Below, piece by piece: positions 30,460-40,434 of a stretch of 64,000 nt of DNA. Position numbers and translations under genes: made by a program. Every line of letters begins with the position of its first letter. The first letter of the stretch is position 1. The notes below the pieces were generated by a model. It ran no database searches. It was given only the letters and a program-made list of their open reading frames with translations, and was not told the DNA's origin. The stretch is taken from assembly GCA_963796955.1 (NCBI GenBank), contig CAWCNJ010000003.1, forward strand, positions 96,546-160,545. The letters run 5' to 3'. The DNA is from Endomicrobiales bacterium (GTDB lineage Bacteria > Elusimicrobiota > Endomicrobiia > Endomicrobiales > JALOBY01).

Positions 30460-32480
30460 TGATCGTATTTATCGCTCAATTTCTTCTCTATCTGACGACG
30501 CTTTTTCCTTTCACGGCCCAATACCGCGACAGCGGCGAAATGGTCACCGCCGCGGCTTCTCTCGGCATTGCTCATCCTCCGGGATATCCCCTATACACAT
30601 TGTTGACAAATATCTTCGTAGTGCTTGTGCCGTTCGCGACCATACCCTACCGGCTGAATGTGCTGTCGGCTCTCGGCTCTGCCTGTGCCGTCTGGCTGTT
30701 GTACCGGTTGTTCATCCTTTTTGCGCATAAGAACGAGCTTCCTGTTTCCGGCAGCCTCAAACTCGCCGCCGGCCTTTCCGCGATGGTGTACGGCACTTCA
30801 TACCTGCAATGGTATCTGGCGCTCGTCTCAGAAATGTACACGCTTAACACATTGCTGACACTCGTTGTGCTGGGCGGTTTGTTCTTCACGTTCAAAAAAA
30901 CTTCCATTGAAATACGTGCCCTGGTTTTACTGGCTTTTATAACAGGCATGGGTCTTGGCGTCAGGATGGACCTGCTGCTGATAACACCCGCCGCGTTATG
31001 GCTGCTCTGGGCAAGAAGGGGAGAACTTAACGCGCGGGTTGTAGCAGTCGCCATCGCTTCATTTTTTTTCGGTTTTTCCGTCTTTGCCTATTTGTATATA
31101 CGATCAAATACGTTGCCGATGCTGGACTGGAACCATCCGGCGACGTTCGAGAGGCTGTGGGGCTCTATCGCGCGTAAAACGCACGGCGGCACGCTTGACC
31201 TGATATCGGAAAGTTATGCGGCCGGCGATAACTTCCTGGTTGGCATGAAGTTTTATTTCACGCATCTGCTGACGGCCTTCAGCGTTCTCGGCTCACCGCT
31301 TGCATTATTCGGGTTGTATCGTTTGTGGAAAACAGAACGGAGCTATGCCCAGGCGACAATACTGGCCTGGCTGGTGACCTGTCCGTTGTCCATTTATATA
31401 AGCAATATTCCGCCGAATACCCACGCCTTCGCGATCCTTGAAGCCCATTTTCTTTTACCGAACACGGTGGTCGCGATCTGGTTTATGTATGGGATAGTCA
31501 TTGTTTACCGCCGATGTGGGAAGGTTGCGGCCGGAGTGACCGGTGTCTGTCTGGTGGCGCTTAACCTGGTTTGCAACCTGCCGGATAATAACTACCGTTA
31601 CAATTTCTTCGATCACGATTTCGTCCATAATATTTTACGCTCGACACCGGATAACGGTACGGTGGTCATGAAAAAGGATGTGCAGGTCTTTTCATTATGG
31701 GCCGCACAGGCCGCCATCAGGCTGCGCCGGTCACCGGCCATAGTAGCGCAGGGCCTGTCCGCTTCCCCCTGGTATCAGGGGCCCCTTAATAAACTCTATC
31801 CCGATGTTTTTTCCGGCCCGCTCAGGTCCCCGGAAGACTGGCAGATATTTTACAAGGCAAATAGATCTCGCGGACCGGTGTATTTTTCCGGCGACGCTGA
31901 GTATCAGCCGTCACCGGTGCTTCAGATAGAACCGGACGGACTGTTGTACCGTCTCAATGATGGAAAACCCGATCCGGCGAGAGGCCTGCTGTTGTTATCG
32001 GAAATATACTCGCTGCGCGGTGCCTATGATTACAACGGTCACCACGATTTTTTCACATCGGACTTAGTCGGTGATTACGCACACGGTTTTTTCGAGCTGG
32101 GTAACCTGCTGGTGGAGCACGGCGCATTCGACCAGGCGCGCTCATTTCTATCCCGCGGATTTGCCATGCAGCCGTTACAACCGCAGGCCGCCACCATGTA
32201 CGCCTATTCCTATTTCGTTCAGGGCAATTACCAGTCAGCGTACGATTTTTATGTGAAAGCCGCAGACCAATACCGCGATTATCTGGCCTTAGCCATACGG
32301 TATAGATCATTACCGCCGGTCGTCAATGGGATTCGAAAAGACTACGGCGAGGCCTATCTCTCCGCCGGGGTAAGTCTTGAAAAATTGAATCGTCTTGACG
32401 AAAGCCTCACGCTGTACTCGCAAGCCCTTGTTGCCGACCCCGCCCACGCGAAAGCTTATTTTAACCGGGGTGTCGCTTGA
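30459..32480 (+). CDS. Second DUF2723 (TMEM260-like GT-C) protein with TPRs; in-frame TGA at 32478, with the frame continuing to 32597
   Basis: RDSGEMVTAAASLGIAHPPGYPLY, SEMYTLN, LDWNHP; many TMs; TPR repeats at the C-terminus. Confidence 0.85.
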   Translation: MIVFIAQFLLYLTTLFPFTAQYRDSGEMVTAAASLGIAHPPGYPLYTLLTNIFVVLVPFATIPYRLNVLSALGSACAVWLLYRLFILFAHKNELPVSGSLKLAAGLSAMVYGTSYLQWYLALVSEMYTLNTLLTLVVLGGLFFTFKKTSIEIRALVLLAFITGMGLGVRMDLLLITPAALWLLWARRGELNARVVAVAIASFFFGFSVFAYLYIRSNTLPMLDWNHPATFERLWGSIARKTHGGTLDLISESYAAGDNFLVGMKFYFTHLLTAFSVLGSPLALFGLYRLWKTERSYAQATILAWLVTCPLSIYISNIPPNTHAFAILEAHFLLPNTVVAIWFMYGIVIVYRRCGKVAAGVTGVCLVALNLVCNLPDNNYRYNFFDHDFVHNILRSTPDNGTVVMKKDVQVFSLWAAQAAIRLRRSPAIVAQGLSASPWYQGPLNKLYPDVFSGPLRSPEDWQIFYKANRSRGPVYFSGDAEYQPSPVLQIEPDGLLYRLNDGKPDPARGLLLLSEIYSLRGAYDYNGHHDFFTSDLVGDYAHGFFELGNLLVEHGAFDQARSFLSRGFAMQPLQPQAATMYAYSYFVQGNYQSAYDFYVKAADQYRDYLALAIRYRSLPPVVNGIRKDYGEAYLSAGVSLEKLNRLDESLTLYSQALVADPAHAKAYFNRGVA

Positions 32481-32593
32481 TGGCGTAAAGGGGAATGGGC
32501 TTCCGTCGTGCGTGAATTACAAGAGGCCCTGCGTCTGGATCCGGAGTATCGCGAGGCGGCTTACTATCTGCAGATCGCACGACAAAAACTTAA

Positions 32594-35264
32594 ATGAAAG
32601 AAATAGTTTTTTTTATCAACGCAGTGCACCGGCGGCTGATGATCAGGGAGTTGTTGAACGCTGTGTTGATGGCCGGTGCGTTGATCTCGTCAGCGCTGTT
32701 CTTTTACACATCGGCCTGTCTCATTTTCAACGTTCCGTTGGTTGCGCTTCGCTCTTTTTACGTCGTTTCAGTAATGAGTATCGCCTATGTAAGTACCTGT
32801 CTTACGCGCGGGCTGTTGTGTGTGCGGATCCGCGGCGTTCCATAAAGATCGCGCAGGAGAATATTCCGGAATTTTCCGATAGCCTGTTGAGCGCCGGGAA
32901 TTGGGCCGGCAAACTTCAACGAATGTTTCTCCGGACCTGGTTGCCTGTCATGTTGCGGAAGTATCGCATATCGTTGCTGACCGGGCGCTGCCTTCAAAAG
33001 CGGTTCCTTTCAGGGTGCTCAAGAGAGCCGCACTGTTTTGTCTGGCAGCGATCGGCTCGTTGTCCGTGTTTGCATTATTTTCATCGCCCCGCCGCGCCCT
33101 GGTGCGGGTAATCATTTCACCCTGGGCAGAGACCGCGAGCCCCGCGACGTCCGTTGTTACGCCTCAACCGCCGGTCGCGGGTAATTTCAGCGTCACCTAC
33201 CGCTTTCCTGCCTATACGGGCCTGGAGCCGGCGACGACCAACGACAATCCCAATGTCACGGGTCTTGCCGGCACCGTGGTCGTCGTACAAGCCCGTTTCA
33301 GTAAAGCGGTAAAAACAGTTTCACTTTCAACCTCTTACGGCCTGCGGGAAACCGCCCGCCTTTCAGACGGTATGAACAGTGCCTGCCAATTCACTATACG
33401 ACACAATGGTACCTACCAATTGTTGACCGTAGCGACCGACGGTGCGGTTCATGCGGATCCCCCTGAATATACAATAACGGCCACACCCGATCAGCCGCCT
33501 GCCGCAGATATTCTTTCACCTGAAACCGATGTGGTCGCCGCTGATGACGCCGTTGTGCCGGTCGTGGCGCAGCTCTCGGACGATTACGGTCTGTCCCGCG
33601 CCGAGCTTGTCTGCCGTTTGGACGATGAACGGGTCGTGCGGTTCCCCATGCCGCTCCCAAAGAAGACCGTCACCGCCATGGCCGAATACAAGCTGAAGAT
33701 CGCCGACCTCGGCCTTGCGGGCGGCAGGACCGCACGGATATCCGTGCAGGTCTGGGACAACGACACGGTGAACGGGCCGAAGTTCTCGCTGTCCCCCGTG
33801 CGCACACTGGAGATAACGGATTCCTCCGTCGAACATGGCAAGATCGAAGAAGGTCTGAAGGAGTTGCGCGGCTCGCTGGTCGACATTCTGGCCGATCAGT
33901 TGACGGCCCAAACCTCTCTTGACGCGCTCATAGAGCAGTCCAGCGCCTCAGTGAAAGACGTTTTAAAAGAACAAAAAGACATCCGGCAAAAGCTTGATGG
34001 GCCGATCAAGACATTGGACTCATTGACAGTGAGAATGAATAACGATCCCATGACGGATATGGCGACCTGTCACGAATACACGGGACTTGAGGAACAGCTT
34101 AAGGACATCCGCGACCGCCTGGCTGATGACGCGGTTAGACAGTTGGAACACAATGAACGCCGCAATGCCAGCCGGGATCAGCGGGAAATGGTTGCCGGTC
34201 TTGAAAAGATAAGCTCTCTCTCTGAAAATATCTGGCAATACCAGCGCATGCGGGATTTGACGACCAACGGCGGGAAACTAACCGATGCTGTTTCTGCGTT
34301 AGCAGACAAGATACATTCAAATGTTCAACCCGCCGAATTGGAAAAAGCGCTGAAGGATATCGCCGAAATGTTCAATGCGGTGGCCGCACAGCTGCAAAAG
34401 CTGCCTCAGGAACTGCCCGAAGATTTTGTTAATCAGCCTGGTATCAAACAGATAAATCTTGCGGAAACCGGCGATCTGCTTTCCCGCTTGAACGAAGCGG
34501 TGTCGCGGGGGGAGTGGGCAACCGCGCAAAGCCTGGCGCAACAATTGCAGGATCAGCTGCGGAACATGATGGAGGCCATGCAGGAGGCCGGCAAGGATGT
34601 GGGTTTCTCACCTGAAGGCGCCGGCAAAATGAGTGCGGAACTGCAAAAAACAGGGCTGGAGCTGGATAGCCTGGTAGCCGATCAAGAAAAGGCGACCACG
34701 GATATCCTCGGCATTGTTCAGCCGCAGGGGGGCGCCTATTATGATGATGTGGCGATCGCGGCCCGAGCCAAAGCCTATGGTCCGGTTGAAAATAATATTT
34801 CCGGCAGAGTCGTAAAGGTCAGAAGAACCCTAGAAGAATTTACGCGAAAAAGCACGGCTGTGCCGCCTGTCGTGTTCGGTTCGCTCGAAAGTGCCTCGGC
34901 TGAGACAGCCGGATCCGCGCGGTCTCTTGAGAAAGGTGATGCCTCTGCAGGCCTGCGACAGGCTGCCACCGCCCTGGACCAGCTGAGAAAAGCACGCGAG
35001 GGTTTGAGCCAGGCTGAAAAAGAAATGCGGCAGCAATCAGGCGGATCGGGCAGTGGAGCGGGCAACGCCGTGCGAATGAAGGGGATCGCCGCTTCCCGCG
35101 GGGGGATATCCGGTGTGAAAAACGGTACGGTCCGCCTGCCTGGCGCCGACGAGTACCGTGCGCCGCGCCAGTTCAGGCAGGAACTGCTGGAAGGCCTTAA
35201 AGAGAGCTATCCCAAAAAATTCGAAAAGGATATTCGTACCTATTTTCGCAGTTTGGCTGAATAA
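32594..35264 (+). pseudogene. DUF4175-like membrane-anchored coiled-coil protein, two frameshifts (~32820, ~32897)
   Basis: N-terminal TMs (32594 frame), PEFSDSLLSA segment (32395 frame), then the 32901 frame with YRFPAYTGL, DQPP, DDYGL, WDNDTVNGP, long coiled coils and YP...IRTYFRSL end. Confidence 0.7.
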
Positions 35265-35289
35265 CATGAGCAATTAAGAGTTTAAATAC

Positions 35290-35318
35290 TTGCAAATATG
35301 TGCCAGTTTCGCTATATA
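35290..35318 (+). promoter_or_regulatory. Putative sigma70 promoter of the TPR metallopeptidase
   Basis: TTGCAA (35290-95), 17 nt spacer, TATATA (35313-18). Confidence 0.4.
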
Positions 35319-35327
35319 TAAAGGTAT

Positions 35328-36896
35328 ATGCGTATGAAGAGCGGATCAATTATAGCCGCAGCGATATTGGGGCTGCTATTTTCTTTGACACCTCTTGTCC
35401 ATGCAATGGACGAGCAAAAGATGTACGCCTTGCTTGAGGCCGGTGAAGTAGGGCTGGTAACGGACGAGATTTCTAAAATGCCCGCCGGAGCCGAAGAACT
35501 TTTCTGGGAAAGTAAAATAAAGTTCTATCAGGGTGATTACCGGGGCGCGATACGCGACATGAACACCGCCCTTTCAAAGCCTAACGCACAGCCGTACTGG
35601 AAAAATCTGCGCAACTATTATGTGAACCTTCTGGGCGCGACGACGGATTTTACCGAGGTTCAAAGCCAGCATTTTATCCTCTATGCGCGCGGTTTCGACC
35701 TGGTGCTTACCAGCGGCGCGATAAGCACGCTGGAAAGCGCGTATGCGGTTATGGGCAGGGAACTCGGCGTTTCCCCGACAGATAAAGTGCGCGTGGAGAT
35801 CTGGACCACCAAGCCCCAGTTCGCTCTGGCGACGACCATAGAAGATGATGTCCTGGAAAAGAGCGGCACGGTCGGGTTGCGCAAGTTCAATCGCATTATG
35901 ATGCTTTCTCCCGAAGCGACACCTCTTGGTTTTCGCTGGCAGGACACGCTGGCCCACGAATATGTGCATTATTGCATCAACCGCCTGTCCATGGGCAACT
36001 GCCCTTTGTGGCTGCATGAAGGCACCGCCCGCTTCCTGGAGACCGCCTGGCGCCTGCAGTCGCCGAATTATTTAACGCCCTATTCCATCAACGTGCTCGC
36101 GAAAGCCACCGTCTCAAAGAACCTGATCCCGTTCTCGCGTATGTCTCCTTCGTTGATATACCTGAAAGATCAGGATGAGATAGCGCTGGCCTTCGCCGAG
36201 GTATCGGAAGCGGTCGCATTTTTGCGGGAGACTTTCGGCGGTCCTGCGCTGAAAGAGTTGATAGGTGAACTGGCTGTTTCCGGTGAAAATGATTCTTTCA
36301 AGACGGTGCTGGGCATGACAGCCAAGAAGTTCTCGCAATTATATGTCGATCATCTGGAAAAAGCGGATTTTCCGGAGACCGCGGGCGCATTCAACGAATT
36401 GTCGACCATTAAAACAGGCAGCTCGGAAAATGATTTCATCGGCGCCGATCTGAAAGAACAGATCAAGATCGCCGACGAGATGCGCCTGACCCGCCGCTAC
36501 GCGCCGGCGGTGGAAGAATATGTGAAAGCGTTGAAAAAACAGCCTAACAACCCGGTGCTGTGCGTAAAACTGGCCAAGGCCTTTGTCGGACTTAAAAGGG
36601 AAAAAGACGCGATAGCCACGCTGCGCGACGCGATAGAAGCCAACCCGAATTATGTCACGCCCTACCAGGTACTGGGGGAGCTCTACTTTAACCGTGGCAA
36701 ATTCCCCGAGGCCGTAGACACGCTGCAGGAAGCGATAGCCATTAACCCGTTCCACCGTCAGAGCGCGTACCTGCTGGCCCGCTCGTATCTGGAAACGAAG
36801 CACTATGATAAAGCGCTGATACAGGCCCGTAACTGCCTGGTGCTTAATCCTTTCGATCTGGAATCGCGCATGATCTTCGAACGTCTGAGCAAATAG
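35328..36896 (+). CDS. Secreted peptidase MA-like (gluzincin) metallopeptidase with TPR repeats
   Basis: Signal peptide; TLAHEYVH (HExxH) plus PLWLHEG third ligand; several TPRs. Confidence 0.85.
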   Translation: MRMKSGSIIAAAILGLLFSLTPLVHAMDEQKMYALLEAGEVGLVTDEISKMPAGAEELFWESKIKFYQGDYRGAIRDMNTALSKPNAQPYWKNLRNYYVNLLGATTDFTEVQSQHFILYARGFDLVLTSGAISTLESAYAVMGRELGVSPTDKVRVEIWTTKPQFALATTIEDDVLEKSGTVGLRKFNRIMMLSPEATPLGFRWQDTLAHEYVHYCINRLSMGNCPLWLHEGTARFLETAWRLQSPNYLTPYSINVLAKATVSKNLIPFSRMSPSLIYLKDQDEIALAFAEVSEAVAFLRETFGGPALKELIGELAVSGENDSFKTVLGMTAKKFSQLYVDHLEKADFPETAGAFNELSTIKTGSSENDFIGADLKEQIKIADEMRLTRRYAPAVEEYVKALKKQPNNPVLCVKLAKAFVGLKREKDAIATLRDAIEANPNYVTPYQVLGELYFNRGKFPEAVDTLQEAIAINPFHRQSAYLLARSYLETKHYDKALIQARNCLVLNPFDLESRMIFERLSK

Positions 36897-36905
36897 GAAG
36901 CTATA

Positions 36906-37565
36906 ATGTCAATGCGAAAACTTGAGAAAATAATCTGTCCCTGCGGCCGCGAGTTCGAGGCTGAATTATGGAACGCGATAAATGTTACTGAAGACCCCGA
37001 CCTTAAAGAATTGGCCATCGCGGGCGAGGTCAACGTGGTCTGCTGTCCCGAATGCGGTACGATCTTTTACGCCGAGCATTTCCTGCTCTATCAGGATAAC
37101 GGTAATGAGATACTGGCCTTTGTGTATCCGAAAGAATTTGAGAAACAGGCCGGCCACTGGCATAAGAAAATGGAAACGGATTTCAAACAGGCCATGGGCG
37201 CCCTTGAGACGGACAAACGGCTTATGTACAAGCCTCTGTTGATCTTCGGGCTGGATGCGCTCGTTGAACTTATCCGCAACGATGAGGATGAAAATGACGA
37301 AGTGTCTATTCTCAATTATGTTCATAAAGAGATCGGCGTGCGCCTGATCCAGCTGCACCCGTCCATGACCCGTGAGCTGCAACTGGTAAAATTACTGCCC
37401 TACATACCGTCCGCCGGCGCGCCGCTGCGCGAGCAGGTGCTGGCAGGCCTGGAGAAACTTATCCAGTACAACTCCAACCTGGTCCGTTACCGGGAAAATC
37501 TTGAGTTGGTCAGGTCGCAAAAGCATTGGTCCCTCGACGGGTCGCTGATAAAGAAGATGAAATGA
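36906..37565 (+). CDS. CpXC domain protein
   Basis: ICPCGREFEAELWNAINVTEDPDLKE...CPECG...FLLYQD. Confidence 0.85.
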   Translation: MSMRKLEKIICPCGREFEAELWNAINVTEDPDLKELAIAGEVNVVCCPECGTIFYAEHFLLYQDNGNEILAFVYPKEFEKQAGHWHKKMETDFKQAMGALETDKRLMYKPLLIFGLDALVELIRNDEDENDEVSILNYVHKEIGVRLIQLHPSMTRELQLVKLLPYIPSAGAPLREQVLAGLEKLIQYNSNLVRYRENLELVRSQKHWSLDGSLIKKMK

Positions 37566-37912
37566 TGCACGAACACTATTCGTCACGTTTTATCGTCGGT
37601 ATGATATTGCTCATCATAAATTCGCCCCTCGGCCTTGGGGGCCTGGCTTGCGGCGCGTTCCTGGCAAAGAAAACCTGTAACAAATTCTACCTTAAGATCG
37701 GCAGCGGTATCTACATCGTTTCCTGGCTGATGCTGCCGGCCGGTATCTGGCTTGCCGGTAAACAGGGCATTGATATCATGAAGGGCATAAACCTGCATTA
37801 CCCCTGGCTGAAATTCATGACACCGGCCGTTATTTGCGGAATAATAATCTATGCCATCATTAATAGACGCAAAAAAATTCTTCCTAAAGACAGCCTCTCA
37901 CAGCCGTCTTAA
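37562..37912 (+). CDS. Small membrane protein of unknown function
   Basis: ATGA overlap with CpXC stop; three hydrophobic segments. Confidence 0.6.
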   Translation: MMHEHYSSRFIVGMILLIINSPLGLGGLACGAFLAKKTCNKFYLKIGSGIYIVSWLMLPAGIWLAGKQGIDIMKGINLHYPWLKFMTPAVICGIIIYAIINRRKKILPKDSLSQPS

Positions 37913-38732
37913 ACAGGTATCTTCGGCAGCGGAAAAACTCGGGGTGCGCGCCCTGCTGGTCGGTGGCGCAGTGCGCGATATTTACCTTTGCAAAGATTCT
38001 TTTGATATCGACGTGGTAGTCGAATTCGGTACTGAAAAACTCGCCGCCGAACTGCAACGAACGCTCGCCTGCGATCTTTTGCTCCATAAAACCTTCGGCA
38101 CCGCGGTGCTCACGTTGCCCGGCGGCGAACATATCGATCTTGCGACCGCCCGCCTGGAAACGTATCCCAAGCCCGGCAGTCTGCCACAGGTCACATTTAG
38201 CTCCATAGAGAACGACCTTTCCCGCAGGGACTTTACCGTCAACGCGATGGCCGCGCCGCTGTGCGGGACCGGCGCGATCCTGGATCCGTTCGGCGGCATG
38301 GCGGATCTTGCATCAGGTCTTTTACGGGTATTGCACCCCGCCTCGTTCCAGGATGATCCGACTCGCATTTTCCGGCTGGCGCGGTTCGCCTGCCGCGGTA
38401 TGAGCGTTGAGAGCATGACGACCGAGCTGGTTCTCAGAGATGCGGCCTATGCCAGCGTCATCTCCATTGAACGTGTCAGGGAAGAATTACTTGCCATACT
38501 GTCCGAAGGGAGACCCTCCGGCGCGCTTGAACTGCTCATTAAATGGGGGATATGGAAAGATCTATTCAGCGATATCCCGCCGCCCGACAGCGCCCAGCTG
38601 GATGAAGCGCCTTCCGTAGTTGCCCGCCTTGCCTGTTTAGTCGCTCCCTGCGGCCTGTCCGCAAAAAAAGTCCTTACCCGCCTGAAGCTTACCCGAGCGC
38701 TGAAACGCGAGATTTTGACAAGCCTCTCGTAA
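37851..38732 (+). CDS. tRNA nucleotidyltransferase (class II CCA/A-adding family)
   Basis: LVGGAVRD, DIDVV, FGTA, IDLATARLETYPKPGSLP, DLSRRDFTVNAMA, SFQDDPTRIFR, SIERVREEL. Confidence 0.88.
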   Translation: MPSLIDAKKFFLKTASHSRLKQVSSAAEKLGVRALLVGGAVRDIYLCKDSFDIDVVVEFGTEKLAAELQRTLACDLLLHKTFGTAVLTLPGGEHIDLATARLETYPKPGSLPQVTFSSIENDLSRRDFTVNAMAAPLCGTGAILDPFGGMADLASGLLRVLHPASFQDDPTRIFRLARFACRGMSVESMTTELVLRDAAYASVISIERVREELLAILSEGRPSGALELLIKWGIWKDLFSDIPPPDSAQLDEAPSVVARLACLVAPCGLSAKKVLTRLKLTRALKREILTSLS

Positions 38733-38743
38733 AATTATAAAAT
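38715..38743 (+). promoter_or_regulatory. Sigma70 promoter upstream of M50 protease-trpS-scpAB
   Basis: TTGACA (38715-20), 17 nt spacer, TAAAAT (38738-43). Confidence 0.65.
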
Positions 38744-38784
38744 CTATTGAAAAACACAGCTAAACAGCTAAAGAGGGCGTTTAA

Positions 38785-39423
38785 ATGTTATCGCTTATAA
38801 TACAATTGCCGGTACTGATATTCTCGGTCATACTGCACGAAGTTTCGCATGGCTGGATGGCGGAAAAATTCGGGGACGATACCGCCCGGCTGATGGGACG
38901 TATCACCTTCAATCCTATACCGCACATCGATCTGTTCGGAACGATCATTTTGCCGGTGCTTGCCCTGTTGACCGGCGCGCCGGTGTTCGGTTGGGCAAAA
39001 CCCGTTCCCGTTAACGGCTATCGCCTGCGTAACCCCGACCGGGATATGATCTGGGTTGCCCTGGCCGGCCCCGGTTCCAACCTGTTACTGGCCGTTTTGT
39101 GCGGCGGCGCCATGTGGGTGCTCAGGACATACGCGTTCCTGCCTGAATCCGTCGCGATATCGGCGACCGAATTGCTGCGGCTGATCATGGTCGTGAACGT
39201 GATCCTGCCGGTGTTCAACCTTTTTCCGATCCCGCCGCTGGACGGCAGCCGTGTGCTTGCCGGTTTGCTTCCTTCGAAACTCGCCTATGAATATTCAAAG
39301 CTCGAACAATACGGTTTCTTTATCGTTATTATTTTGCTTACCACCGGCATTTTACCGCGCCTGATGAGCCCCATCATGAATTTTTTGATCGTACTACTGT
39401 CCGGCGGAATGCCGATCTATTGA
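38785..39423 (+). CDS. Site-2 protease (peptidase M50)
   Basis: LHEVSHG, NPIPHID, GWAKPVP, AGPGSN, FNLFPIPPLDGS. Confidence 0.93.
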   Translation: MLSLIIQLPVLIFSVILHEVSHGWMAEKFGDDTARLMGRITFNPIPHIDLFGTIILPVLALLTGAPVFGWAKPVPVNGYRLRNPDRDMIWVALAGPGSNLLLAVLCGGAMWVLRTYAFLPESVAISATELLRLIMVVNVILPVFNLFPIPPLDGSRVLAGLLPSKLAYEYSKLEQYGFFIVIILLTTGILPRLMSPIMNFLIVLLSGGMPIY

Positions 39424-39438
39424 ACCTGAGAGAGGATA

Positions 39439-40422
39439 ATGCCTAAAAAACGGATACTGTCGGGAATGCGGCCCACGGGGAAACTGCATATAGGTCATTA
39501 TTTTGGGGCATTAAGCAATTGGGTTTCCCTGCAGGAAACGTATGATAGTTTTTATATGGTGGCAGACTGGCACGCGCTGACCACCGATTACGCCAATACG
39601 GGCGGGATCATCGGTAATTCCCGCGAGATGGTGCTGGACTGGCTTGCCAGCGGCATAGACCCGGAGAAAAGCGTGATATTCCGCCAATCCGATGTGCCCG
39701 CCCACGCGGAGCTGAGCATGCTGCTGGGCATGATAACGCCGCTCGGCTGGTTGTTCCGCTGCCCGACTTATAAGGAACAGCTGACCGAGATAAAAGATAA
39801 GGATCTGCATAACCTCGGCTTTCTCGGCTACCCGGTTTTGCAGGCCGCCGATATTACGCTCTACATGGCCAGCGCCGTGCCGGTGGGCCAGGACCAGCTG
39901 CCGCACCTGGAGCTTACCCGCGAGATCGTGCGCCGTTTCAATAATCTGTACGGGAACGTGCTTGTTGAACCGCAGGCAATACTGACGAAATCGGCGAAAG
40001 TTCCCGGCCTTGATATGAGAAAAATGTCGAAGTCCTACGGCAACGCCATTACCATCGACGACGAGCCGGAGATGATACACACCAAGTTGATGAAACAGGC
40101 TTTTACCGATCCTACGCGGGCCCGCGCGACGGACCCTGGGCATCCGGACGGCTGCGCGGTCTTCGCCTATCATCAGCTTTTCAATGGGCAGGCAGCGGTC
40201 CGCGAGGCGGAATGCAAGGCTGGTTCTATCGGCTGTGTGGCTTGCAAAAAGCAATGCGCCCAGCTGATGGCGGAAGGGCTTGCCCCGGTGCGTGAAAAAC
40301 GCCGGCAGCTTGCCGCAGATAAAAATTTGGTGGAAGCCATTCTTGAAAAAGGCGCCAAACGCGCCAACGAAGCGGCTGAAGATACGATGCGGCAGGTGCG
40401 CGCAGCTCTGAAATTACGGTAA
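39439..40422 (+). CDS. trpS: Tryptophan--tRNA ligase
   Basis: SGMRPTGKLHIGH, YPVLQAADI, VGQDQLPH, KMSKS. Confidence 0.97.
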   Translation: MPKKRILSGMRPTGKLHIGHYFGALSNWVSLQETYDSFYMVADWHALTTDYANTGGIIGNSREMVLDWLASGIDPEKSVIFRQSDVPAHAELSMLLGMITPLGWLFRCPTYKEQLTEIKDKDLHNLGFLGYPVLQAADITLYMASAVPVGQDQLPHLELTREIVRRFNNLYGNVLVEPQAILTKSAKVPGLDMRKMSKSYGNAITIDDEPEMIHTKLMKQAFTDPTRARATDPGHPDGCAVFAYHQLFNGQAAVREAECKAGSIGCVACKKQCAQLMAEGLAPVREKRRQLAADKNLVEAILEKGAKRANEAAEDTMRQVRAALKLR

Positions 40423-40434
40423 TCTAAGGATATT

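Noticed and set aside
32478..32480. Selenocysteine or alternative genetic code at the in-frame TGA
   Set aside because: The position is in a TPR helix rather than a redox motif, only a weak 4-bp hairpin follows, and TGA terminates many other genes here.
32395..33111. 238-aa ORF as an independent gene
   Set aside because: Only ~32821-32895 looks coding, as the middle frame of the frameshifted DUF4175-like gene.
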